30,601 nt of DNA from a virus (Duplodnaviria > Caudoviricetes): IMG/VR virus record IMGVR_UViG_3300032239_000359, positions 1 to 30,601 of that record. One strand, 5' to 3'. Below the pieces are notes generated by a model. That model did not search any database. It was given only the letters and a program-made list of their open reading frames with translations, and was not told the origin of the DNA. Both the position numbers and the translations under genes were made by a program. The number at the start of each line of letters is the position of its first letter. Position 1 is the first letter of the stretch. This document shows positions 17,684 through 26,474 of this stretch, in pieces.

Positions 17684-18051
17684 TACTTAACAATCCTCAA
17701 TCCCAATACTTGTTCACGGCGAGCATCACGCATATGGCGTGAGACTTTGATTGCTTTAATAATATCCTGAGCAAGATTGAGTGCTTCATCCTCAGTCATA
17801 TCAATTAACTTAATTGCACCTTGCTCAAAATTACTTCGGCAAGTTTCTAAGTTTTCAAAGTGATTTTCGGCTTTGACGGATTCATTGACATATCCTTGCA
17901 ATTCGCCAAGAAGTTTGTAATCCCATTGACTGACTACATCTTCTAAAACATCTTTAATGGCATCTTGTTCTTCTAAATACAAAGCAACGGCGCCGTCATC
18001 GGTTGTGTGAATTGAAAACAATGGATCGCGTGGCATTTTTTCAAAATTCAT
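17683..18051 (-). CDS. Hypothetical protein
   Basis: ORF track 17683..18063. ATG at 18051 is the more likely start. Confidence 0.65.
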   Translation of the reverse strand: MNFEKMPRDPLFSIHTTDDGAVALYLEEQDAIKDVLEDVVSQWDYKLLGELQGYVNESVKAENHFENLETCRSNFEQGAIKLIDMTEDEALNLAQDIIKAIKVSRHMRDARREQVLGLRIVK

Positions 18052-18127
18052 TATTGCTATCAATCAACAATAGTGCGTAGAAAATGCCCATAACTATGGC
18101 AATTCCTATAATAAATTCAACTAACAT
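18041..18127 (-). CDS. Tiny single-TM protein (28 aa)
   Basis: MLVEFIIGIAIVMGIFYALLLIDSNNEF with strong SD AAAGGAG. Confidence 0.55.
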   Translation of the reverse strand: MLVEFIIGIAIVMGIFYALLLIDSNNEF

Positions 18128-18203
18128 TTGGGTGTCTCCTTTTTCGTTTGGATAAGGATGACACACAATACACATCTTTGCGGGCTAAACACGCCCTGCG
18201 TGT

Positions 18204-18740
18204 CTAAATCTTTTTTTGTACCTCAATTTGAAAAGGCGCACAAGTATTGATGTCGTACTTGGCTGAGACATCTAAGGCTTGCAAGATTTCATCCTTGCCC
18301 ATTTGGTCTTTGATTGAAGCCATATAACCCATCCCATAGGGTGAGCCTGAGCCGATACCGTAAATGCCATCGGATGATTGCGAAATGCTCAGCTCATCGC
18401 CAATTTCAAAGATATTGCCGTTGAAAACCAGCAAGTATGAATAAGAAGCTGCATCTTTGGTGTAGTCATAGCCCTGCGCCTTAAAGATTGCAATAATGCT
18501 AGGAATTATCTTTCGACCCACAAACTTCACCGGGTCGGTGCCATCATAGGCAGGTGGCTTCCATAGGTACATAAGGATGTCACCTGGGCGGCAATCACCT
18601 GAGACTGCCAGCAAATATCTATTGATCTTGACAATCTTGGGAGTGCTAGGGCTAAGGATGCGCTTGTCGCCGTCTGTAATCTGACTGTCAGCCCCAAGGA
18701 TGGCAAAGTCTACCCCTTGATAGCCAATGATTGTCGTCAC
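18204..18740 (-). CDS. HslV/proteasome-beta-like Ntn threonine protease
   Basis: GTG at 18740 gives (M)TTIIG...GADSQIT...KI...GIGSGS...D..T, the N-terminal Thr nucleophile pattern. Confidence 0.85.
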   Translation of the reverse strand: MTTIIGYQGVDFAILGADSQITDGDKRILSPSTPKIVKINRYLLAVSGDCRPGDILMYLWKPPAYDGTDPVKFVGRKIIPSIIAIFKAQGYDYTKDAASYSYLLVFNGNIFEIGDELSISQSSDGIYGIGSGSPYGMGYMASIKDQMGKDEILQALDVSAKYDINTCAPFQIEVQKKI

Positions 18741-18932
18741 GGCTCTATGGTAACGCCAAAGGCGTGAAAACCCGCGACATTCCCCAATTACGCAGGCTTT
18801 CACGCCAAGCGTGAGCCTACGACACGCAGAAAGAATTTGTCAAAATTTGCCCTTTTGGTATGGACAAAGGGTGGACAGATGTTAAAGTTATCTCATTGGG
18901 AAACGAACGGTTCCCGAGAAAAGGATAGCAAA
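18741..18932. promoter_or_regulatory. Divergent control region
   Basis: Strand switch point. Long imperfect inverted repeat ggcgtgaaa...tttcacgcc (about 18761-18806). Plus-strand TGGACA-16nt-TAAAGT (18861-18888). Minus-strand TACCAT 6 nt before GTG 18740. Confidence 0.5.
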
Positions 18933-19115
18933 ATGAACGCAACAATTAAAAAAGCAATAAATCTTAATTTAGATGAAAATGAAATTTTATTGATTCTTTT
19001 AGCATTAGCAGAAGCTAAAGAATTTAGAAATGATTGGAATTATCGTTCAGACAAACAAGAACTTTATACAAGATTATTTAATGAATATGTAGATTTAACA
19101 AAGGCAGGTGCATAA
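18933..19115 (+). CDS. Hypothetical early protein (60 aa)
   Basis: ATG 18933 with SD AAAGGA. AT-rich. Confidence 0.65.
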   Translation: MNATIKKAINLNLDENEILLILLALAEAKEFRNDWNYRSDKQELYTRLFNEYVDLTKAGA

Positions 19116-19219
19116 TGCTTCACCATTGCCAATGCACTAATTGCGGTGCAACATTTTATGCAGTTGGAAAATTATATGAATGTCTAAATTGCTACGAAAC
19201 ACGATTGGGGTTGAACTAA
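19115..19219 (+). CDS. Micro zinc-ribbon protein (34 aa)
   Basis: MLHHCQCTNCGATF...ECLNCYE. TAATG coupling on both sides. Confidence 0.6.
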   Translation: MLHHCQCTNCGATFYAVGKLYECLNCYETRLGLN

Positions 19220-19359
19220 TGGAGCGTTATTGGTGTGTTTATTGCGGTTTTGATATGACCGCACTTGGTATGTGCGTTGATTGCAATGAATACAAAAGTG
19301 CAGTTACCTTTGAGGAATATGTTGAGATGAACGGCGTTGAGCCAAAGGTCTTTGCCTAA
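19219..19359 (+). CDS. Micro zinc-ribbon protein (46 aa)
   Basis: MERYWCVYCG...MCVDCNEYK. TAATG coupling. Confidence 0.65.
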   Translation: MERYWCVYCGFDMTALGMCVDCNEYKSAVTFEEYVEMNGVEPKVFA

Positions 19360-19565
19360 TGGATTACGCCGAGATGATTAAGGATTCACTCCTTGAGGTT
19401 TATCAGACACCTTCCAACATTATGAGTACCTCAGCGCAAAAGTTGATGGATGCTTCCGTCAGCACCGATTTAGAGTTTATTGAATCATCACTTATTGCAG
19501 TCAATATGATTACCAAAGTATGCCTACAAATCGTCAGAGAGGAATCAGTCAATGTCATTAACTAA
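19359..19565 (+). CDS. Hypothetical protein
   Basis: 68-aa ORF coupled to the upstream stop. Confidence 0.65.
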   Translation: MDYAEMIKDSLLEVYQTPSNIMSTSAQKLMDASVSTDLEFIESSLIAVNMITKVCLQIVREESVNVIN

Positions 19566-19722
19566 AAGAGGCAAGCAGGCACGGGCGGTGGCAATTGCCG
19601 TAGCCATATATGCAATCTTTCTTATTTCAGCAAATCTTTGGTGGGTCGGCATTGGCGCACCCACCGCCGATTTTCTTGGTTGGTGTTGGGGTTCAATGAC
19701 ACAATGCGTAGGTGGATTATGA
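19552..19722 (+). CDS. Small membrane protein (56 aa)
   Basis: MSLTKRGKQARAVAIAVAIYAIFLISANLWW...WCWGSMTQC. SD GAGGA. Confidence 0.65.
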   Translation: MSLTKRGKQARAVAIAVAIYAIFLISANLWWVGIGAPTADFLGWCWGSMTQCVGGL

Positions 19723-19847
19723 GAACCAAACATTCAGTTCGTGTGCCTGAAGATTTATGGGCAATGGCAAAAGTCAAAGCCAAATTAGAATATACATCCG
19801 TCACCGCCATTGTCATTCAAGCGTTGATGGATTATGTAAAAGATTAA
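19719..19847 (+). CDS. Ribbon-helix-helix DNA-binding protein (42 aa)
   Basis: HSVRVPEDLW..AK.KA....SVTAIVIQALMDYV. ATGA overlap. Confidence 0.75.
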   Translation: MRTKHSVRVPEDLWAMAKVKAKLEYTSVTAIVIQALMDYVKD

Positions 19848-19853
19848 AAAGGC

Positions 19854-19896
19854 GAAAAGCCCCGCACACTTGGAACGGCAAGTGGCGGGGCTTTTC
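19854..19896. terminator. Bidirectional rho-independent terminator
   Basis: gaaaagccccgc / gcggggcttttc between convergent genes. Confidence 0.8.
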
Positions 19897-19909
19897 TATG
19901 CAGTAAAAC

Positions 19910-20173
19910 TTACTCGGTTTGAATCTCACCTGCAATGGCAGCATATGCCGCCAAATCCACAAATGAATCTAAATGATTAGGTGTTTCAATCAATCTAGCA
20001 ACTTTAACTAATCCAAGCATAATTGCAGCTTGTGATGGTGTTACTTCCCATTCAAGAAAGATAGACCATAAACCCGCAATGCGGGCGTGATTGGTAATTG
20101 GCTTGCCGTAATTCTTATTTCTATCGCCGTGTGTAAGGCGGTCAGCCTCGGCGAGAATTTCCCCCCTGTCCAA
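19910..20173 (-). CDS. DUF6378-like (all-alpha nucleotide pyrophosphatase-related) phage protein
   Basis: IL.EA..L..GDRN..YG.P..N..RIA.LWS...M..VKVARL...H.DS.VD.A.YAA. Confidence 0.75.
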   Translation of the reverse strand: MDRGEILAEADRLTHGDRNKNYGKPITNHARIAGLWSIFLEWEVTPSQAAIMLGLVKVARLIETPNHLDSFVDLAAYAAIAGEIQTE

Positions 20174-20177
20174 CTAT

Positions 20178-20387
20178 TTAAGCCTTTGTTGTAAGAGTTA
20201 AATCGTGCTTTGGGTTAGCCCAAGCAATAATTACTGGAACAATTGCAAGCCAAATAGTATTGGCTGCGTGTTTCCAATCTGATCCTGCAAAATCTAATGG
20301 AGATTTGCCAATTACTACAACTGCAGTTAATGCGTTGCCGACAAACCACTTAGCCCACATTTCTAATACTTTATTGTTAAATTTCAT
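20178..20387 (-). CDS. Putative holin
   Basis: Two hydrophobic segments and a WANP tail. Directly after the endolysin. Confidence 0.65.
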   Translation of the reverse strand: MKFNNKVLEMWAKWFVGNALTAVVVIGKSPLDFAGSDWKHAANTIWLAIVPVIIAWANPKHDLTLTTKA

Positions 20388-20396
20388 TTTTGCTCC

Positions 20397-20888
20397 CTAG
20401 TCTTTGAATTTAGGTCTGCCAAACCCACTGATAAACGGCGTGAGATTGCGTTTGTTATTCTTTTTGTATGCCCGCACCTTCATACAAACTTCTCCCCCAT
20501 TTGCTTCGCTACCTGTTTTGCCGTCGGGGGTTGTATTACCTTCAACAGTTACTACAGTTCCATCAAGGTTATCTTTTACAACAATCCCAACGTGATCGGT
20601 TTTTTCACCGCCGGGAAAGTCAAAGAATACAATATCACCTGGCGCTGGCTTTGCCGTTTCAGGGTTAGACCATTGGCCTAGACCTTGAAAGGCTGAAACT
20701 CCCGCAGGGGTATAAACCACGCTAGGGATTTTTAAGGAAACGGCATTTGCGCACCAACCGACAAAACTTCCGCACCAAGGTTGCCCATCGTGCCCGCTCC
20801 ATTTGCCGTATTTGGTTTTGTTATTGGGTACCTCAACCGTGCCTATTTCAGCTCTTGCGGTTGCAACAAAATCTGCTTTTTGACTCAT
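20397..20888 (-). CDS. CHAP-domain endolysin
   Basis: PWCGSFV, PGDIVFF, HVGIV, VEGNT motifs. Confidence 0.9.
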   Translation of the reverse strand: MSQKADFVATARAEIGTVEVPNNKTKYGKWSGHDGQPWCGSFVGWCANAVSLKIPSVVYTPAGVSAFQGLGQWSNPETAKPAPGDIVFFDFPGGEKTDHVGIVVKDNLDGTVVTVEGNTTPDGKTGSEANGGEVCMKVRAYKKNNKRNLTPFISGFGRPKFKD

Positions 20889-21139
20889 TTATCCACCCTT
20901 GCTTTCATTACTTCTACATCAATTTTGATAGATTGTTGATTTTCTAACAATTCTTCAACTTTATTGATAAGGCCAGTTTTGCCATCATTGTAGAGAGCAT
21001 ATTCAATCCGAGATAATTTATCCTCAATATGTTCTGTGTGTTTCTTGATTGTATGCTTAGAAATAATGCTAAATGCAGTCAATACTCCTGCAAAAACAAA
21101 AAAATAAGAATAAACAATTGTGGCTACATCGGCTGACAT
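20885..21139 (-). CDS. Membrane-anchored coiled-coil protein of the lysis cassette
   Basis: N-terminal TM segment followed by a coiled coil. Upstream of the endolysin. Confidence 0.65.
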   Translation of the reverse strand: MSADVATIVYSYFFVFAGVLTAFSIISKHTIKKHTEHIEDKLSRIEYALYNDGKTGLINKVEELLENQQSIKIDVEVMKARVDK

Positions 21140-21162
21140 TTGGCGCCCTTTCGGGTTATGAG

Positions 21163-21285
21163 TTAGGTGGTAGGGTTTTCTTTCATAGCAAGGGTTGCTT
21201 TGAGGATTGCTATTTGTTGTGCTTGATCAGCAATTTGCTCGCGCAAATACTTAAGAACTTCATTGATTTCTATTTGTTCTTCCAT
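21163..21285 (-). CDS. Small coiled-coil protein (40 aa)
   Basis: MEEQIEINEVLKYLREQIADQAQQIAILKA. SD GGGGG. TAATG overlap. Confidence 0.6.
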   Translation of the reverse strand: MEEQIEINEVLKYLREQIADQAQQIAILKATLAMKENPTT

Positions 21286-21446
21286 TATTCCCCCTTGGCT
21301 TTAGGCTCATTGATATACAAAGCTGCTAATTGCTTTTTGGCATCGTTCTCGGTTGTGTGACAACCAATAACTTTGCCATCAGCATCCTTAACTACAGGAT
21401 AACCTTTGCAACCATATGAACCTTTTGCGCCTATGTGATATGGCAT
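21285..21446 (-). CDS. Small Cys/His protein (53 aa)
   Basis: MPYHIGAKGSYGCKGYPVVKDADGKVIGCHTTENDAKKQLAALYINE. SD GAGGGG. Confidence 0.7.
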   Translation of the reverse strand: MPYHIGAKGSYGCKGYPVVKDADGKVIGCHTTENDAKKQLAALYINEPKAKGE

Positions 21447-21447
21447 A

Positions 21448-23415
21448 TTATTTCCCCTCTAGTGCCAATAAACGATTGTTCAAGTCTTTAAGTGCTGGAA
21501 TTAAAGCTACGCCAACGCGATCATAATAAACTGAGTTTGGCTCACCTTCGGCATTATATTCCACAAGATAATCTTTAAGTACGGGAATTTGTGCCACATC
21601 TTCTGCAATTAAACCAATCCAGCGTTGCAAACCTTCTGTCGTTCCTTTTTCTTCTGATTCTACTTTGTCCACATAGGATTTAGGAGTTAAAGAAAAAATT
21701 GAAGCCCCGGGTATTGCTTGTTCTTCAATGGCTACTTTGTAGCGAGCAGATGATGAGGTATAAGCAATAAGACCACTTGAAGTATTGATACGCATATTGG
21801 CTGCGCCTGTAGTGCTTGGATACCCTGAATTGTATAAATATGCTTGAGCAGTCATATTACCTGTAGCAGTCACAGTTCCATAAAATCCTGAATCACCTTG
21901 AACGGCTAATTTATATGATCCAAGTGATCCACTGTTAATAGAAATGTAATTGTAATATAAAGTTCCAGTGCTTGATATATCGCCCGTAGAATAAATACTT
22001 ACATTGCCACTGTAAAGATAATTTGTTCCAATTGTAAATCCGCCAATAGTTCCACCGGCGGCATAAATAGTTCCAGTAAATGAACCCGATGTAGCGGTAA
22101 TTGTACCCGTAATAGTTGCACCTGTTGCAGTCAAATAACCGCTTGAATTGATGATTGCATTACCACCGATGTTAAGCGTTCCACCAGTAATTGTCACATT
22201 GTTAGATGTAAGCGTTCCTGTAATTGTGGCACCCGTTGCCGTAAGGACTCCACCCGATGTAACGGCAAAGGTTGAACCAATAGTCAGGGTTCCACCAGTA
22301 ATTGTCACATTGTTAGATGTAAGCGTTCCTGTAATTGTGGCACCTGTTGCGCTAAGAACTCCACCTGCAGTAACTGCAAAAGTTGAACCAATAGTTAAGG
22401 TTCCACCTGTAATAGTTACATTGTTTGATGTAATTGTGCCTGTAATAGTTGCACCTGTTGCAGTCAAATAACCGCTTGAATTGATGATGGCATTGCCACC
22501 GATGTTAAGCGTTCCACCTGTAATAGTTGCGCCTGTAACACTGCCTGAAAAAACTGCAGCTCCTGTTGATGCGGTTATTGAAAATGTTGCATTGTTGCTT
22601 GCATCGTATCCAGCAAGACCAGCAGAATTCATTACAACTCGAGCGCCGCTAGTTGCAGATGATCCTGAATATACTGTAATTCCATTACTTGCAATTGCGG
22701 TAATTTGATTGCTTGCATTTACAATTGTGTTTGCACTTGGTTGAAGCGAACCAATTGCTGCGGTGTAAGCAGTTCCAGCATTAGCAAGAGCAGTGTTTGC
22801 AGTTGATTGAGCTGCCACACCTTTAGCATCTGCAGTAGCCGCATTAGCAAGGGCAGTATTAGCAGTTGATTGCGCTGCCACACCTTTAGCATCTGCAGTA
22901 GCAGCATTAGCAAGAGCAGTATTGGCAGTGCTTTGAGCTGCCACACCTGTTGAATAAGCGGTGGCGGCGTTGGCAAGGGCAGTTGTAGCATCACTTTGTG
23001 CCGTAGCCGCAGCCGTTGCCGCAGATGAGGCTTGAGAAACGGCATTTATCACGGTGGCATTGTTGTCAATAATGCTACTCACATCACCGTCATTTGGACG
23101 ATAAGTAACTGTTTGTCCACCACTGTATTCATACTCGGTAGGGTCTGCCCAATACACATTGCCAGCCTGATCGGTAAGGGCAGTATTGGTGGCGTTTGCA
23201 ATTGTGAATGTATTAGTTGCAACGCTTGAAATAGTGTAGGTGCCGTTATAGCCGTCAGGTGCAAGTCCAGTAATAGTTACAATATTGCCAGCCGACAAAG
23301 TATGACCTGTAGCCGTGTAAGTAGCCGTTGAAGATGTATAAGAGACTGCGGTAATGTCAAAACTTTTGAATGTAATATCTTCAGGTGTGATAGTTATCTG
23401 TGGCGATACTGGCAT
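21448..23415 (-). CDS. Tail fibre/spike with C-terminal intramolecular chaperone (peptidase S74-like)
   Basis: Ala/Thr/Gly repeats. SSARYK...GLIAEDV...V.YDR..V.LI.A...L..RL..LE C-terminus. Confidence 0.85.
   Translation of the reverse strand: MPVSPQITITPEDITFKSFDITAVSYTSSTATYTATGHTLSAGNIVTITGLAPDGYNGTYTISSVATNTFTIANATNTALTDQAGNVYWADPTEYEYSGGQTVTYRPNDGDVSSIIDNNATVINAVSQASSAATAAATAQSDATTALANAATAYSTGVAAQSTANTALANAATADAKGVAAQSTANTALANAATADAKGVAAQSTANTALANAGTAYTAAIGSLQPSANTIVNASNQITAIASNGITVYSGSSATSGARVVMNSAGLAGYDASNNATFSITASTGAAVFSGSVTGATITGGTLNIGGNAIINSSGYLTATGATITGTITSNNVTITGGTLTIGSTFAVTAGGVLSATGATITGTLTSNNVTITGGTLTIGSTFAVTSGGVLTATGATITGTLTSNNVTITGGTLNIGGNAIINSSGYLTATGATITGTITATSGSFTGTIYAAGGTIGGFTIGTNYLYSGNVSIYSTGDISSTGTLYYNYISINSGSLGSYKLAVQGDSGFYGTVTATGNMTAQAYLYNSGYPSTTGAANMRINTSSGLIAYTSSSARYKVAIEEQAIPGASIFSLTPKSYVDKVESEEKGTTEGLQRWIGLIAEDVAQIPVLKDYLVEYNAEGEPNSVYYDRVGVALIPALKDLNNRLLALEGK
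22100..22530. repeat. Four 111-bp (37-aa) repeats inside the tail fibre
   Basis: Identical blocks at about 22178 and 22289 (111 apart) and at about 22121 and 22454 (333 apart). Confidence 0.8.
22780..22960. repeat. Three 63-bp (21-aa) repeats AQSTANTALANAATADAKGVA
   Basis: Visible in both the translation and the DNA. Confidence 0.8.
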
Positions 23416-23424
23416 TGTGACCCC

Positions 23425-24588
23425 TTATGGAAGCGTGACTCTTGTGGCTGAAATTGGACTTGTGTAGTAAGTAGTGCGCCAAGAAGTTGCAGTAATTGAA
23501 TGACGGAAACCTTCAATGACTAGATTAAAGATTAGATTTCGACCATCAACAGTGGTTCGCTTAACAATACAAAGGTCTTGAATTTCAGTTTCAAGAAAAT
23601 CAGGATATAAAGAACCAAGTGCTAAAGCATTAAAACTTACTCCTGCACACCAAGTCTTAGGGTTTTTTGTAAAAGTTGCATAATATTGAGCCAATTTGTT
23701 AGCCGTGGCAAGAGTCAAAATCTCTGTTTGAAATTCTTTAATTTTTAATCCGTATTTAGTTACAGATGGTGCATTTTTGAAAAGAATTTGAGGAACTTTG
23801 ACATTCTTAGGCTTAAAATTGACAAGAGCTGCATTGATGAAATTAAAGATACCGGGGTTGGTATCAATATCATCATATTCAACAGTATTTGCTACCTGCT
23901 GATCGTTGAATGTTAATTGAGTTGGACGAGAGAATTTATTGGTTAAATTTACAAAAGTTGCTTTACCATCGCGAGAAATATAAAAAGAACCTCCCTCGGC
24001 ATCTTCGCACTGATAAATGAAATCCATAATAGGAACAGGCGCATTGGCGCTCCCCTGAGTAGTTGCAGCCAATTGAACTGAGCCTGTTAGATTGCGCCAA
24101 CTGCTACCTGTACCCCATCCAGCATAGGTAAGCATCCGACCTACACGAGTTGAGGTTGTTTCGCCTGAAAATGATGAGGTCTTTAATACCGGCGCTGAAA
24201 AACGCCCAAGAATTGAAATTCCATCAACAAAAGTCATTGTGGCAGTTGCATCAAATCCTGCATCCAATTTTGTGTTTTCTAAATAACCCACATATAAAAC
24301 ATAAGATGTTCCCGACCAAGTAGCAACTATGCGGGCGCGAAGGTCAGCTCGAAGGGCGGTGACACCGCCTGAAACCCAAGGACCACTGAGATTGTCAGGG
24401 TCATAATTGCCTGAACGATTGTCTAAAACTGCAATCAATTGCCCTGCATCAATGTGTTGATCCGAACGAGTGCGACCTCGATAAATATCTAATGAACGCA
24501 GATCGGTAGTTGGAACATCGGTATATGAACCATTGAAAAAGAATTGAATCTTTATAGTTGGTGCATTGGTGCCGTCAAATGCTGGCAT
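23425..24588 (-). CDS. Minor tail/baseplate hub protein
   Basis: RGR...AG...LDN.SG.YDP.N pattern. Between tape measure and fibre. Confidence 0.75.
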   Translation of the reverse strand: MPAFDGTNAPTIKIQFFFNGSYTDVPTTDLRSLDIYRGRTRSDQHIDAGQLIAVLDNRSGNYDPDNLSGPWVSGGVTALRADLRARIVATWSGTSYVLYVGYLENTKLDAGFDATATMTFVDGISILGRFSAPVLKTSSFSGETTSTRVGRMLTYAGWGTGSSWRNLTGSVQLAATTQGSANAPVPIMDFIYQCEDAEGGSFYISRDGKATFVNLTNKFSRPTQLTFNDQQVANTVEYDDIDTNPGIFNFINAALVNFKPKNVKVPQILFKNAPSVTKYGLKIKEFQTEILTLATANKLAQYYATFTKNPKTWCAGVSFNALALGSLYPDFLETEIQDLCIVKRTTVDGRNLIFNLVIEGFRHSITATSWRTTYYTSPISATRVTLP

Positions 24589-24591
24589 TAT

Positions 24592-25998
24592 TTATACCCC
24601 CAAAATTGCTGGACTGATACCCTTACGGCGCAGCAATTGTGCCATATCATTACGAACACGAAGCGATAATTCTTTTTCTGTTACAACTGAACCTTGGATG
24701 TAATTGATGATGGTCACACCTAAGCCACCCTTGCCAAGTGGCACAATGGCTTCAGGTCCGGCTTCGCCAATCATTCCAATTGTAGGTCGGCTAACTATGC
24801 CACCTGAAGCAAATTTAGGAATACCCGGCAATGGCATTGATCCAAGTGTTGCTGAATTGAATGGTTTAGTTGGTGTTGGATTTAAGATAGTACCCTTTTT
24901 GCCCAAATCAGGTGTGATATTGCGATTTTTGTAAGCATTGTATGCAAAGTATCCAAGAGCTGCTAAACCGCCCACAACTGCAACACCTGCAAAGAATGGC
25001 GCCCACGCTGCGCTAATAGCAGCACCGCCTGTAGCCCCTGCAGCGCCAGCGGCAGCGGCAGCCTCACCGACACCTACAATGGCACCAATCAATTTAGCGG
25101 CTTGAAATAATTTGTAAGCGGCATTGATTGCCTTAATACCTATGGCAACACTTGCAAGGGCAATGCCCCAACCCTTGATTGCATCTTTATTTCTTTCAAC
25201 AAATGGTTCAACTTTGACAAGAAAATCAACTAAATCGTTCAAATAAGGCAGTAATAAACCACCAAGTGTTTCCTGCACATTATCCATTGCAAGCCTGAAT
25301 TGTTCTAACTTAAATGAACTTGTGCCACTTACTGCTGCAATTGATCCAGTAAAACTATCGCCCAAGCGCCCTAGATATGAATCAAGGCTTTCTGTAGCCT
25401 TCTTTGTAGCTCCCATACTCTTGGTGACGGTAATAATCTGACCGTTCATCACCTTCAGGCTTGAAGTATATTGCTTGTTTCCGCCTGTTGTCTTTGGAGC
25501 AATCTTAGTTAAATTGACAAGTGCCTTGTATTGACCGCGACTTGCTTTTGCCATTGCATCGGTGACTTCACTAACATCTACACCTTGCTTTTGTGCAATC
25601 TCTAAAGCAAGAGTCATCATCTTTTGAGACTTGGTGACATCTCCCGTTGCTCGAACAAGGGTGTCAAATGCAGGGCGAATCTTGTCATCGGCAACTGCTG
25701 CAAACATCTCAGATTTCTTGATGAATTTCTCAACATTGAGAATCTGTAATTCAGATGCACCTGCAACTGTCTTTAATGTATTTGCAAGGCTGACTGCACC
25801 TTTTTCATCATCTGCTGCAGCTTTAGCAAACTTAGCGGCGGCAGCACCTAAGCCAACAAGTAAAATGGATGATTTACGGCTTGCACTCTCTAAGACATTT
25901 GAGGTTGCAAAAGTGTTCTTTTTGATGCCATCTAAAGTGCGGTTGAGTGAGACATCGCGCCCGAAGAAGCTAACCGTTAAAGATTTGTTCTGCGCCAC
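24592..25998 (-). CDS. Tape measure protein (short, 468 aa)
   Basis: Ala/Gly-rich helical protein with a hydrophobic stretch and C-terminal FASGGIV..PT..MIGEAGPEAIVPL. Follows the chaperone genes. Confidence 0.85.
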   Translation of the reverse strand: MAQNKSLTVSFFGRDVSLNRTLDGIKKNTFATSNVLESASRKSSILLVGLGAAAAKFAKAAADDEKGAVSLANTLKTVAGASELQILNVEKFIKKSEMFAAVADDKIRPAFDTLVRATGDVTKSQKMMTLALEIAQKQGVDVSEVTDAMAKASRGQYKALVNLTKIAPKTTGGNKQYTSSLKVMNGQIITVTKSMGATKKATESLDSYLGRLGDSFTGSIAAVSGTSSFKLEQFRLAMDNVQETLGGLLLPYLNDLVDFLVKVEPFVERNKDAIKGWGIALASVAIGIKAINAAYKLFQAAKLIGAIVGVGEAAAAAGAAGATGGAAISAAWAPFFAGVAVVGGLAALGYFAYNAYKNRNITPDLGKKGTILNPTPTKPFNSATLGSMPLPGIPKFASGGIVSRPTIGMIGEAGPEAIVPLGKGGLGVTIINYIQGSVVTEKELSLRVRNDMAQLLRRKGISPAILGV

Positions 25999-26474
25999 CT
26001 ATTGCCTCATTTCATCAATTTGTTTTTGCAAACCTTGTTGTTGTTTTTCTGCTACCGCTAAAAGACCAAGCATTGTTGTTGCTTCAATTTGCCAAATATT
26101 AAGAGGCGTGATGCCGGGATAAGTTTGGCAGATTAGAGCAAGGTTCTTATTTATTCGATCTCGGTAGCGACTTCTTTTGGGTCAATATCTTCTTCTCCTT
26201 CAAAGGCAATATCTCCTGCAGCGGTGTCCTTGAGGACATCTGCAATTGATACAACCTCGCCTGAACGAGTGCGACAAACCCACGCTAGAGAATACAAAGC
26301 CTTTGCCAAGGTGTAACCCTTGGGTGCTTTGTCAGGATTTTCTAGCGCATTAAACAATCTCAAACCATCTACTTCAAAATGATCTTCAATTGCCATTAGT
26401 TCTTCACCGAGAAGCTGAGGTGTACCGTTCTCACCCGGTGCTACATACTTCGTACCTTTTATGCTGATTGGCAT
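25999..26474 (-). CDS. Tail assembly chaperone G (26151-26474) and G-T product via -1 frameshift
   Basis: Slippery C-CCA-AAA at 26175-26181. The -1 frame reads RSRYRDRINKNLALICQTYPGITPLNIW...EMRQ* and ends at 25999, abutting the tape measure start. Confidence 0.85.

Noticed and set aside
21448-23415. Diversity-generating retroelement target in the tail fibre
   Set aside because: No reverse transcriptase is present and I saw no adenine-specific TR/VR pair. The repeats are in-frame structural units.
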